Assembly (NCBI RefSeq): GCF_030028105.1
Contig: NC_092379.1
Location: 20,065,309 to 20,129,308 of the forward strand
Reading direction: 5' to 3'
DNA: 64,000 nucleotides
From: Mobula birostris
Taxonomy: Eukaryota
Below, one piece after another: positions 37,773-49,895 of the stretch. Positions within the stretch are counted from its first letter, which is position 1, and each line of letters opens with the position of its first letter. The notes below the pieces were generated by a model that worked only from the letters and a program-made list of their open reading frames with translations, was not told the origin of the DNA and ran no database searches. Made by a program: the position numbers and the translations under genes.

Positions 37773-38078
37773 CTTTGGTGCCTTTAGTTCGTGCTGACAC
37801 TAGGGAAGAAGAAGAAGAAGATTCCTGAGCGGAGCACTCGTACTCCACCCCACTGAACCACTCCTCCAAACTGATCCGGATTTCGCTGAGCACTCTGTAT
37901 CGGGTCCCATCCCTCTGTGGTTGATGTCTGACAGTTCCTGCATTTTTCACCCTCCTGCCCACGTACCAAGAGACGCGTAATTTTCCTGGATCCGTACAGA
38001 TAACTGTGCACTTCACAGTAGCAGTCTTGTGGATCCACATCTCTTCAATGTAGGGATTTTGAATAAAGACATACAAAT
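37773..38078 (-). CDS. Ig heavy constant exon type A, unit 1 (J-proximal, divergent), intact
   Basis: 306 nt (one extra Ser codon), phase 1/1, AG/GT, open frame. Confidence 0.92.
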
Positions 38079-39052
38079 CTGTGGATTAGAAATGGAAATC
38101 TTCAAAATCTTACTGGAGATATTTCTATTGGTTGTGTTGGGTCAAAACAGATCATCAGTACATGACAGCTGCATTTAATGCAAACAGAATAACAGAAACT
38201 CCCAGGGCTGAATCACGTGTCTCATATTCCTGTTAATTTTGATTGAGAAAAGAAAATCAGAACAAAGGATGTGCTAACTAGTTTTAGAATCCCCTTCTAA
38301 TAACTGTACCTGTGAGACGGAGCTCTGTGAGACAGAGAAGCATGCAGATTTCTCAGCAGAGACACAGCTCAGTATATTCTTTGCTTGGAGACTCAGTGCC
38401 ATTGATTAGTAACAATGAACACTGTGAATCAATGAGAATCCCTTTCTCCATCTGGGCTGAGCCTGGGATTCACTCAGTTTAATAACTTCACATCCCAACA
38501 TTCCAGTCTTACTGTGGCTGTGCCTCTCCCCATCTCTGCAACCTTCAGCACCCACACAAACTTCAGAAAACTTCGTATTCTTTCAACTCTGCTCACTCAT
38601 ACACCTGCACTACTTCTGCTGGCGCCTGTGGTTTTAGCATTCTTGCTGACAAACACTGAAGCCTCTGTCTCACTTGAAATGAGCAGCCATGGTCAGAGTG
38701 TATCCATAAGTTAGGGACTGATGAACTGGCAACATGGGTTCAAATCCCAACCTGGTGTTTGGGAGATTAAATTCAATTCGTCAATGCTTTTTGGATTAAA
38801 CAGAATATCTTGGAAGTATTGGCAAATTATTCTTTGTTGAACCTTCTAGCAGCAACAGGGATTGAACGTTAATCACCATCAGGAATGAGGCAGAAAGTCC
38901 CTCAGTTCTAGAGCAATCAGTGATTTTTAGGAAATGCTAAGTGTATAAGACAGCTCTTTGATCAATTTTTGGGTCACCTGTCCTTTGGGTTAATGTCAGG
39001 TTTGTGTGATTGCACTCGTGAAGTTATTGAGGCCACCTCCCAATGCACTATC

Positions 39053-40774
39053 ATGAGATAGCAGAGGTAGTTAATGCATACTTTGCTTCAGTATTCACTA
39101 CAGAAAAGGATCTTGATGATTGTATGGATGACTTGCAGCGGACTGAAAAGCTTGAGCATGTAGATATTAAGGAAGAGGATGTGCTAGAGCTTTTGGAAAG
39201 CATCAAGTTGGATAAGTCACCGGTACCGGACGGGATGTACCCTGGGCTACTGTGGGAAGAGAGGGAGGAGATTGCTGAGCTTCTGGTGATGATCTTTGCA
39301 TCGCCAATGAGGACGGGAGATGTCCGGAGGATTGGAGGGATGCAGATGTTGTTCCCTTATTCAAGAAAGGAAGTAGGGATAGCCCAGGAAATTGTAGACC
39401 AGTGAGTCTTACTTCAGTGGTTGGTAAGTTGATGAAGAAGATCCTGAGAGGCAGGATTCATGAACATTTGGAGAGGCATAATATGATTAGGAATAGTCAG
39501 CTTGGCTTTGTCAAAGGCAGGTCGTGCCTTATGAGCCTGACTGAATTTTTTGAGGATGTGACTGAACACATTGATGAGGGTAGAGCCATAGATGTAGTGT
39601 ATATGTATTTTAGCAAGGCATTTGATAAGGTACCCCATGTAAGGCTTATTGAGAAAGTAAGGAGGAATGGGATCCAAGGGGACATTGCTTTGTGGATCTA
39701 GAACTGGCTTGCCCACAGAAGGCAAAGAGTGGTTGTAGATGAGTCATATTATGCATGGAGGTTGGTCACCAGTGGTGTACCTCTGGGATCTGTTCTGGGC
39801 CCCTACTCTTTGTGATTTTTATTAATGACCTGGATGAGGAAGTGGAGGGATGGGTTAGTGAATTTGCTGATGACACAAAGGTTGGGGGCCTTGTGGATAG
39901 TGTGGTGGGCTGTCAGAGGTTACAGCGGGACATTGATAGGATACAAAACTGGGCTGAGAAGTGGCAGATTGAGTTCAACCTGGATAAGTGTGAGGTGGTT
40001 AATTTTGGTAGGTCAGATATGATGGCAGAATATAGCATTAATGGCAAGACTCTTGGCAGTGTGGAGGATCAGAGGAATCTTGGGGTCCTTGTCCATAGCA
40101 CACTCAAAGCTGCTATGCAGGTTGACTCTGTGGTTAAGAAAGAATATGGTGTACAGTATTGGCCTTCATCAATCGTGGGATTACGTTTAAGAGCCGAGAG
40201 GTAATGTTGCAGCTATATAGGACCCTAGTCAGATACTACTTGGAGTACTGTGCTCAGTTCTGGTTGCCTCACTACAGGAAGGACGTGGAAACCATAGAAA
40301 GGGTGCAGAGGAGATTTAAAAGGATGTTGCCTGGATTGAAGAGCATGCCTTATGAGAATAGGTTGAGTGAATTCGGCCTTTTCTCCTTGGAGCAACGAGT
40401 ATGAGAGGTGACCTGATAGAGGTGTACAAGACAATGAGAGGCATTAATTGTGTGGATAGTCAAAGGCTTTTTCCCAGGGCTGAAATGGCTAGCATGAGAG
40501 GGCATAGTTATAAGGTGCTTGCAAGCAGGTTCAAAGGAGATGTCAGGGGTACATTTTTTTTTTTACACAGAGAGTGGTGAGTGCGTGGAATGGGCTGCCG
40601 GTGGCGGTGGTGGAGGTGGAAACGATAGGGTCTTTTAAGAGACTCCTGGATGGATGCATGGAGCTTTGAAAAATAGAGGGCTATGGGTAAACCTAGGTAG
40701 TTCTATGGTAAAGACATGTTTGGCACAACTTTGTGGGCTGAAAAGCCTGTATTGTGCTGTAGGTTTTCTATGTT
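39053..40774 (+). mobile_element. 5'-truncated CR1 LINE
   Basis: RT motifs [27 protein letters not shown]; probable ctatca TSD; site empty in the two paralogous intron blocks. Confidence 0.88.
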
Positions 40775-41489
40775 CTATCATCAGTTCACTTACATTGCAG
40801 CTCTCTGCACTTTGTGTACACCATTTATACACTCAGTCACCTTCAGGCATGTGGGGTGTTTTTGCTCTTTGACATTTAGTGTGGAGGCTGATTGTGTTTA
40901 TGTCATGGTTGAGACCTTCAATGAGACTGTGAGTCAGTGTCTTTGTCTGAAGAAAGAGCAGATGTAACACACACGGTTCCAGTCTGACTGGGACAGATCA
41001 TCTGATGCGCATTTCTTAACCTTTCCCACTTCAGTAAGATTATGAGCAATTTTCTTTTAAAATAGAAAGACCCTGAAGAAGTCTAGATGACCATTGTTTT
41101 TGTGTAATATCATAAATATGCAAACCTAGGTGTACAATGGAGGGTCACTGAATTGTGAATCTTAGTTTAATCAGCACTGTGATGTTGTTAAACATGTTTT
41201 CTGCAGGTTTCCCAGTTATGTCTCATCTCAGCATGGTCTTGATGTTCAGCAGTCCCTGGGAAATGCGATCCCCACATAAAATCTGACAGAGTCAGGATCG
41301 CTCCCCTTGTTTCTGAATGCTGGTGTTATTCCACAAGAAGCATATAATTCTGTCAATGCGTGGGTAATTCTACCAAAATATTCTCTGCTGTGACATTCCT
41401 TGGGATCACTGAGTTTCCCTCTTGGCCAAGGAAACTGGAATTGGGATCTGAGTCACACTGAAGCAACAATGTACACAAATGAATGAGTG

Positions 41490-43830
41490 TATGGACAACC
41501 AGAAACACAAGAGATTCTACAGATGCTGGAAATCTTGAACAACACACACAAAGTGCTGGAGGAATTCGGCAAGTCAGGCAGCATCTATGAAGGGGAATAA
41601 ACAGTCTATCTTTCGAGCCGAGAGCCTTCCCTGATACTGGGAAGGAAGTGGGCAGAAGCCAGAATAAGAAGGTGGGTGGAGTAGAGAGGAATACATTCTG
41701 TCAGATGAGAGGTGAGACCAGGTGGGGGGGAAAGTGTGTAGATGGGGGAGGGGGTATGAATTAAGAAGCTGGTAGGGGATCAGTGAAAGAGATAAATGGC
41801 TGAAACAGAAGGAATCTGACAGGACAGTGGACCATGGAGGAAAGTGTTCAGGAGGAGGGGAACCAAATGGAGATGATGAACAGGTGAGGAGAAGTGAAGG
41901 GATGAGGGTGTACCTAGTATGGGGAAGAGAAAAAAAGAGAATAAAGGAGTGGGAGGGGGAGGGGTTGGTGAGATTACAGAATTTTGCAGAAATAAGTATT
42001 CGCATCATCAAGTTGGCAGATATCTGGATAGAATATGAAGTGTTGCTACTCCAACCTGACTTTGGCCTCTCTGGAGCAGTGGAGGAGGCCATGGACAGCC
42101 ATGTCAGAATGGGAATGGGTAGACAAACTGACCAGAAGGATAATGGAAAGTTGAAATGTGGAGGGGCGAGGTAGTTAGTTTGAATCATGTGTATTCTTCT
42201 CTCTCTGTAAAACCTCAATCCCAATGGATACCAGGGCCAGCTCTGGAACCCAGTAAATGGATTGTAGTAAAATTCATTGATGAATTGTATGCACGTGTTC
42301 CGCTTGCAAGGATAAGTGCCAGGAGAGAGATCAGTGGGGAGGGACGAATGGATAAGGGAGTCGTGTAGGGTGCAATCCCTGTGGAAAGCAGAAAGTGGGT
42401 GGGTGGGGGGGGGGGTGGAAGGAATGATGTGCTTGGTGGTGGGATCCTGGTAGACGTGGCAGAAATTACAGAAAATTATGTGCTGGATGCAGAGTCTGGT
42501 GGGGTGGTAGGTGATGACAAGAGGAACCCTATCGCTGGTCAGGTACTGGGAGGATGGGTTAAGAGCAGACGTGCATGACATAGAAGCAGTGCAGTTGAGG
42601 ACAGCGTTGATGATGGAGGAGAGGAAGCCCCTTTGAAAAAGGAGGACATCTCTTTCGTTCTGGAATGAAACACCTCACACTGAGAGCAGATGCAGGGGAG
42701 ATGGAGGAATTGAGAGAAGGGGATGGCGTTTTTACAAGTAACAGGGTGGGAAGAGGTATAGTCCAGATAGCTGTGAGAGTCTGTGGGTTGATAATAGACA
42801 ACGGTGGATAAGCTGTCTCCAGAGATCGAGAAAGTGGAAGGAGGTGTCAGAAATCGACCAGGTAAATTTGAGGTCTGGGTGGAAGTTGGAGGCAAAGTGG
42901 ATGAATTTGAAGAGTTCAGCATGGGTGCAGAAGCAGCACCAATGTAGTCATCGATGTCGTGTAGAAGAAGTACGGGACGGTCACTAGTGTAGGCTTGGAA
43001 CAAAGACTGCTCGACATAGCCGACAAACAGGCGGGCATGGCTGGGACCCATGCGAGTGCCCATGGCTACCTCTGCCCATCGTGTACAAGTGCTGCCTCCT
43101 CCCTCACTACCATTTATGGCCGTAAACAGTCCTTCTAGGTGAGGTGACACTTTACCTGTGAGTCTGTTGGGGTCAAATACTGTGTTTAGTGTTCCCAGTG
43201 TGGCCTCCTTTATATCGGTGAGACCCGACGTAGATTGGAAGACTGCTTCGCTGAGCACCCATGTTCCGTCCACCAGAAAAAGCGAGATCTTCCAGTGGCC
43301 ACCCATTTTAATTCCACTTCCCATTCCCATTCCGATATGTCAATCCATGGCCTTCTCCACTGTCGTGATCAGGCCATACTTAGGTTGGAGGAATAACACT
43401 TTTTATTCCGTCTGGGTAGCCTCCAACCTGACGGCATGAGCATTGATTTCTCAAACACCTGGTAATGCCCCCACCAACCCCCTTTCACCATTTCTCAACC
43501 TCTTTTCCCTCCCTCACCTTATCTCTTTGCCTACCCATCACATCTCTCTGGTGCTCCTCCCCCCTTTTCTTTCTTCCATGGACTTCTGTCTCTTTCACTG
43601 ATCAATTTCCCAGCTCTTTACTTCATCCTTCCCCCTCCAGGTTTCACCTATCACCTTGTGTTTCTCTCTCCCCTTCCCCCAGCTATTAAATCTGCTCCTC
43701 AGCCTTTTTTCTCTAGTCCTGCTGAAAGGTTTCAGCCCAAAATATTGACTGCACTGTTTTCCATAGATGCTGCCTGGTCTGCTGAGTTCCTCCAGCATTT
43801 TGCGTGTTTTGCTCGGATTTCCAGCATCTG
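41490..43830 (-). mobile_element. Penelope-like element remnants, with an inverted plus-strand part at ~43130-43830
   Basis: RT motifs VAMGTRMGPS and DIDDYIG (42539-43330); RVPLVITYHP; inverted GIY-YIG/3' UTR copy with a degenerate hammerhead near 43716-43750. Confidence 0.75.
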
Positions 43831-44215
43831 CAGATTTTCTCTTATTTGTGATATCTTACCTTTTGTTTAAAATAATAAACCTGTATTACACTTAAAACAT
43901 GATTCACAACCAGAAATAACTCGTAATTAATTACCTTCCTGACACACCAGTCAGATGAATGGGAAATGTGATCCTTTGTCAGGTCCGGACTGTGAGGGGA
44001 ATGTGGAGGTGGATTTCCCGTGTTACCCTGGGAATTCCAGTAGGACCCGGTGTCATGTGGTAGAGTGTGGTAACAGCTCTGGGGGTAACTGTCACTCAGT
44101 AAATCCTGGGATACGGTGGTCTGTGGAACTCTGGGACTGACTCCAGTGTAACTGGCTGAACACTGGTTATCACCTTCAGACTGCCAGCCACAACCAGCAC
44201 CATTTCACCCACAGT

Positions 44216-46514
44216 ATCATAAGACCATAAAACCATAAGACAAAGGAGCAGAAGTAGGCCATTCGGCCCATCGAGTCTGCTCCGCCATTTTATCATGAGC
44301 TGATCCATTCTCCTATTTAGTCCCACTCCCCCACCTTCTCACCATAACCTTTGATGCCCTGGCTACTCAGATACCTATCAATCTCTGCCTTAAATACACC
44401 CAATGACTTGGCCTCCACTGCTGCCCGTGGCAACAAATTCCATAGATTCACCACCCTCTGACTAAAAAAATTTCTTCACATTTCTGTTCTGAATAGGCGC
44501 CCTTGAATCCTTAAGTCATGCCCTCTCGTACTAGACTCCCCCATCATGGGAAACAACTTTGCCGCATCCACTCTGTCCATGCCTTTCAACATTCGAAATG
44601 TTTCTATGAGGTCTCCCCTCATTCTTCTAAACTCCAAGGAATACAGTCCAAGAGCAGACAAACGTTCCTCATATGTTAACCCTCTCATTCCCAGAATCAT
44701 TCTAGTGAATCTTCTCTGTACCCTCTCCAACGTCAGCACATCCCTTCTTAAATAAGTAGACCAAAACTGCCCACAGTACTCCAAGTGAGGTCTCACCAGC
44801 GCCTTATAGAGCCTCAACATCACATCCCTGCTCCTATACTCTATTCCTCTAGAAATGAATGCCAACATTGCATGCGCCTTCTTCACTACTGACTCAACCT
44901 GGAGGTTAACTTTAAGGGTATCCTGTACGAGGACCCCCAAGTCCCGTTGCATCTCAGAACTTTGAATTCTTTCCCCATTTAAATAATAGTCTGCCCATTT
45001 ATTTTTTCTGCCAAAGTGCATAACCATACACTTTCCAACATTGTACTTCATTTGTCACTTCTCTGCCCATTCTTCCAATCTATCCAAGTCTCTCTACAGA
45101 CTCTCTGTTTCCTCAGCACTACTGGCCCCTCCACCTATCTTCGTATCATCAGCAAACTTAGCCACAAATCCATCTATTCCATAATCCAAATTGTTGATGT
45201 ACAATGTAAAAAGAAGCAGCCCCAACACTGACCCCTGTGGAACACCACTGGTAACCGGCAGCCAACCAGAATAGGATCCCTTTATTCCCACTCTCTGTTT
45301 CCTGCCAATCAACCAACGCTCTATCCACGTATGTAACTTTCCCGTAATTCCATGGGCTCTTATCTTGTTAAGTAGCCTCATGTGTGGCACCTTGTCTAAG
45401 GCCTTCTGAAAATCCAAATATACAACATCCCCTGCATCTCCCTTGTCTAGCCTACTGGTAATTTCCTCAAAAAATTGTAATAGGTTTGTCAGGCAGGATT
45501 TTCCTTTAAGGAATCCATGCTGAGTTCTGCCTATCTTGTCATATGCCTCCGGGTACTCTGTAACCTCATCCTTGACAATCGACTCCAACAACTTCCCAAC
45601 CACTGATGTTAAGCTAGCAGGTCTATAATTTCCTTTTTGCTTCCTTGCCCCCTTCTTAAATAACGGAGTGACATTTGCAATCTTCCAGTCTTCCGGAACC
45701 ATGCCAGAATCTATCGACTTTTGAAAGATCATCACTAATGCCTCCGCAATCTCCACAGCTACTTCCTTCAGAACACGAGGGTGCATTCCATCTGGTCCAG
45801 GAGATTTATCTACCTTTAGACTATTCAGCTTCCTGAGTACTTTCTCTGTGGTAATTGTGACTGTGCACACTTCTCTTCCCTGCCACCCTTGAGAGTCCGG
45901 TATACTGCTGATGTCTTCCTCAGTGATGACTGATGCAAAATACTCGTTCAGTTCCTCTGCCATCTTCTTATCTCCCATTACAATTTCTCCAGCATCATTT
46001 TCTATCGGTCCTATATCTACTCTCACCTGTCTTTTACTCTTTATATACTTGAAAAAGCTTTTAGTATCCTCTTTGATATTATTTGCTAGCTTCCTTTCAT
46101 AGTTAATCTTTTCTCTCTTAATGACCGTCCTGGTTTCCTTTTGTAAGGTTTTAAAAACTTCCCAATCCTCTGTCTTCCCACTAATTTTTGCTTCCTTGTA
46201 TGCCCTCTCTTTTGCTTTAACTTTGGCTATGACTTCTCTTGTCAACCACGGTTGCATCCTTTTTCCACTCGAAAATTTCTTCTTCTTTGGAATATACCTG
46301 TCTTGCACCTTCCTCATTTCTCGCAAAAAAACTCCAGCCACTGCTGCCCTGCTGTCTTTCCCACTAGTGTCCCTCTCCAGTCAACTTTGGCCAGTTCCTC
46401 TCTCATGCCATTGTAATTTCCTTTACTCCACTGAAATACCGACACATCAGATTTTGGCTTCTCTTTTTCTAATTTCACAGTGAACTCAATCATGTTATGA
46501 TTACTGCCTCCTAA
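44216..46514 (-). mobile_element. 5'-truncated CR1 LINE with ACAGT target-site duplication
   Basis: 415-aa RT ORF fragment 45094-46341 and 191-aa C-terminal fragment; cataagac tail; ACAGT at 44211-44215 and 46515-46519. Confidence 0.9.
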
Positions 46515-46770
46515 ACAGTGTAGTTGCCAGAAATCAGAGTGACGGAGTCTGGTGAAAGGTCACTGATTTGAAACATTAACTCTGTTTCTCACCCACAGAT
46601 GTTCCCTCTGAGCTGCTCAGTGTTGGCAGTGCAGGAGGCACAATAATGTCAGTCGGTGAGATTTGCAGCTGAGCATCTTTTACATCCCGAGACCAGCAGG
46701 TGGTAAGTACAGTTCTGTCTGGATCAGTGTTCCTCTGGGTCTTTATAAAAACACCCATCAAACTGACAGC

Positions 46771-46984
46771 AGGGTGCTGGGGTGAAGAGGGGAACTGGAT
46801 CTGGGTGGGTCACAGGGTGCTGGTGTGAAGAAGGGAACTGGATCTGGGTGGGTCACAGGGTGCTGGGGTGAAGAGGGGAACTGGATCTGGGTGGGTCACA
46901 GGGTGCTGGGGTGAAGAGGGGAACTGGATCTGGGTGGGTCACAGGGTGCTGAGATGAAGAGGGGAACTGGATCTGGGTGGATCA
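46771..46984 (+). repeat. G-rich 43-bp tandem repeat, 5 copies
   Basis: Unit agggtgctggggtgaagaggggaactggatctgggtgggtcac starting at 46771, 46814, 46857, 46900, 46943. Confidence 0.95.
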
Positions 46985-47039
46985 GCTCAGAAGAAATTTG
47001 CAATGAGATAACACTTGGGTTGACATTTTGATCTATCTA

Positions 47040-49200
47040 GGGCAACCAACAGACTCTACCTAAATTGATGCAGCCCTTTGAACAATATGACCAATTATCA
47101 GGATACAAGATCAACATAGGTAAAACCCAGCTACTCTCATATAACTATAGCCCAAGAGAAATTGAAAGTAGATATCCTTGGGCATGGCAAACAGAGTCTG
47201 TCAAATATTTGGGCATCATTATGCCAAAAGATTTGGCAAAATTATCAGAATGCAATTATCAGCCTTTATATAAAAAATTAGTGAAGGTATAACAAGATGG
47301 AACCTAATTCCTTTTCTTGTTCTCAGTTCAAGGATCGAATTTATTAAAATTTTAAAGAGCAAAAGTTTAGGGGTAATATGAGGGGGAACTTCTTTACTCA
47401 GAGCTGTGTGGAATGAGCTTCCAGCAGAAATGGTTGAGGCAGGTTCAATGTTGTCGTTTAAAGTTAAATTGGACAGCTATATAGACAGGAAAGGATTGGA
47501 GGGTTATGGGCTGAGTGTAGGTTGGTGGGACTAGGTGAGAGTAAGAGCTTGGCTCGGACTAGAAGAGCTGAGATGGCCTGTTTCCATGCTGTAATTGTTA
47601 TATGGTTATATAAAATGAATATACTGCCCAGACTACTATATCTCTTTCAGACCCTACCAATAGAGATTAACCAAAATCAATTCAATGAATGCAACAAGAT
47701 GCTATCAAGATATATATGGCAAGGTAAAAGGCCTAGGGTTCATCTCAAAATTTTGCAATTAGCCAAGGAAAAGGGGGGATGGGGCCTACCTTCTCTTAGA
47801 GATTATTATTTTGCGGCACAGTTGAGAGCTGTGATATGCTGGTGCAACCTATCATATGACACTTAATGGGAAAACATTGAGGAGAGGATACTTTCCATCC
47901 CCATACAGGCAATTTTGGCTGATAACAACCTACAAAGTTACATAAATACTATTGATGATCTGTGGGTGAAATGGACTCTTAAAATATGGAAAACTATTAT
48001 AAAAGAGTATAAACTAGGGAGAGACATTGCAATTCTTAAATGGTGTGCATATGACTCAGATTTTATGCTGAATAAACTGGATGCTAGATTTTAGGACTGG
48101 ACAGCTAGAGGAATAACAGCTACTTGCAATATAATGAAAGAAGGAATACTATTCAGTTTTGAAATGCTCAAAGAGAAACACTTATTAGAAAAAGAAGACT
48201 TTTACCAGTATTTACAAATGTGACGGTATGTTAATAGGATGGTTAAAAATGTAATCAAGGCAAGTACATGTCTGATAGACCTATTTAGGAAAACATAATT
48301 TAGACAAAGGTAGTAGAATAATTTCAAGCATGTATAAGGGTTTGTCAAATCTTAAAACACATTCAGCTTCATACATTAAAACAGAATGGGAGAAGGAAGG
48401 AGAGATAATAATATCTGAGAAAGACTGGACAATTACATGGAGGTATCAATGGAAGTGTACCAGTTCACAGAAGTAGAGGGAGTTCGGGTGGAAAAACTTA
48501 ATAAGATATTTTATTACACCCTCTCAGAAATTCTATTATGATAGTAACCCCCTGTTTGCCGGAGAAATTGTGGAAATCAAAATGGCTTATCAAAATGCAA
48601 ACCATTATCATATATTCTGGGAATGCCCCGTTATCAAAGACCATTGGAGTGGGATACATAATGCCCTACAAGACATCTTTGAATGTGAAATACCCTGAGA
48701 CAGTAATACCATATATTTTGGGTGTATACCTCAAGAATGGTTGAAAAGAGATAAATATTTAATGAATGTACTGCTGGTGCTGGTAAAAAGACCCTTACCA
48801 GGAAATGGTTATCACAGGGGAGCCCAACTTTAAATGTATGGATGGAAATTACAATGGACATTTACAAAATGGAGAAGATAACAGCATCTGTTAATCATAA
48901 TTTGGAACAATTTTATTCATACTGGAAAAAATAGTTTAACTACATAACACCTCGTAGGCCTGATTTCATTCTCACAAGTCAATGAATATGTTGTAAAAAA
49001 AAGATCACTCCCTACTTTGTACATAGTTTTCTTCTTTTGATTTTTCTTTCTTTCCTATCCTTTCTATAAGTGTATACCTCAGATAAATATTATGTGGAGA
49101 TTTGTGACAAATATGACTATATGGTATATATGGTACAGTATCTTATGGAAAGTTTTGTTTGATGATGAAGTTCAATAAAAATAAATTACAAAAAGAAAAG
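47040..49200 (+). mobile_element. L1-clade LINE 3' fragment with a CR1 tail inserted at ~47350-47610
   Basis: SGYKINIGKT...YLGI, MNILPRLLYLFQTLP...GGWGLPSLRDYY; A-rich end near 49175-49200. Confidence 0.8.
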
Positions 49201-49694
49201 AAATAACACTTGGTTATTTGTACAAAATGATCAATGGTGAATCAGCAGATCGGGGAGACTTTGTCGGATTTTAGTCTATATTGTAGTAAGTGGATTGAAC
49301 ATCAGGTAGTATGAACAACTGGTAGGCAATTTGTTTATTCACCCTTTGGGATCTGGGCTTTACCAGTAAAGTCTGAATGAATTACACATATGAGCTGCCA
49401 TGCAGAGGGCATTTGGAGACAAGCACATTGATGGGTCAGGAGTCATAAATAGGCTCAATGGGTAAGGATGAGAGATCTCCTTCCCTGAGGGACATCAGTA
49501 AAACTGAAGGGTCATCATTACTAATGACTAGATTTAAAACCAATACCAATTACTAAGATGTTGGAAATCTGACCACAGATCCAAATCTGCTGCAGATTAT
49601 TATGAACTGAGTTTAAATTTGTCAGTTTTGTTGTGGTGGTATCCGTGGACTGTTCATCCATCCCTCTGCACTACTCATCTGCTTTGATGTACTG

Positions 49695-49895
49695 GCAACA
49701 CATATCAAAGTTGCTGGTGAACGCAGCAGGCCAGGCAGCATCTCTAGGAAGAGGTGCAGTCGACGTTTCAGGCCGAGACCCTTCGTCAGGACTAACTGAA
49801 GGAAGAGCGAGTAAGGGATTTGGAAGTTGACTGCACCTCTTCCTAGAGATGCTGCCTGGCCTGCTGCGTTCACCAGCAACTTTGATGTGTGTTGC
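49695..49895. repeat. 67-bp inverted repeat of Penelope-like terminal sequence
   Basis: 49695-49761 is the reverse complement of 49829-49895 with one mismatch. Confidence 0.9.
49758..49793 (-). ncRNA. Minimal type I hammerhead ribozyme motif, intact
   Basis: Minus strand AGTC-CTGACGA-AGGGTCTCGGCCT-GAAAC-GTC-GACT. Confidence 0.65.

Noticed and set aside
46599-46702. Plus-strand exon-like interval (cccacAG ... GTAAGT)
   Set aside because: All three frames contain stops and no partner exons were found; may be chance splice-like motifs.
46576-46761. Ser/Thr/Pro-rich minus-strand ORF as a hinge exon
   Set aside because: No convincing acceptor, and its phase-1 donor would leave only a 44-nt intron to the next candidate acceptor.
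46771-46984. CRISPR array or coding repeat
   Set aside because: No unique spacers, vertebrate context, and the 43-bp unit is not a multiple of 3.
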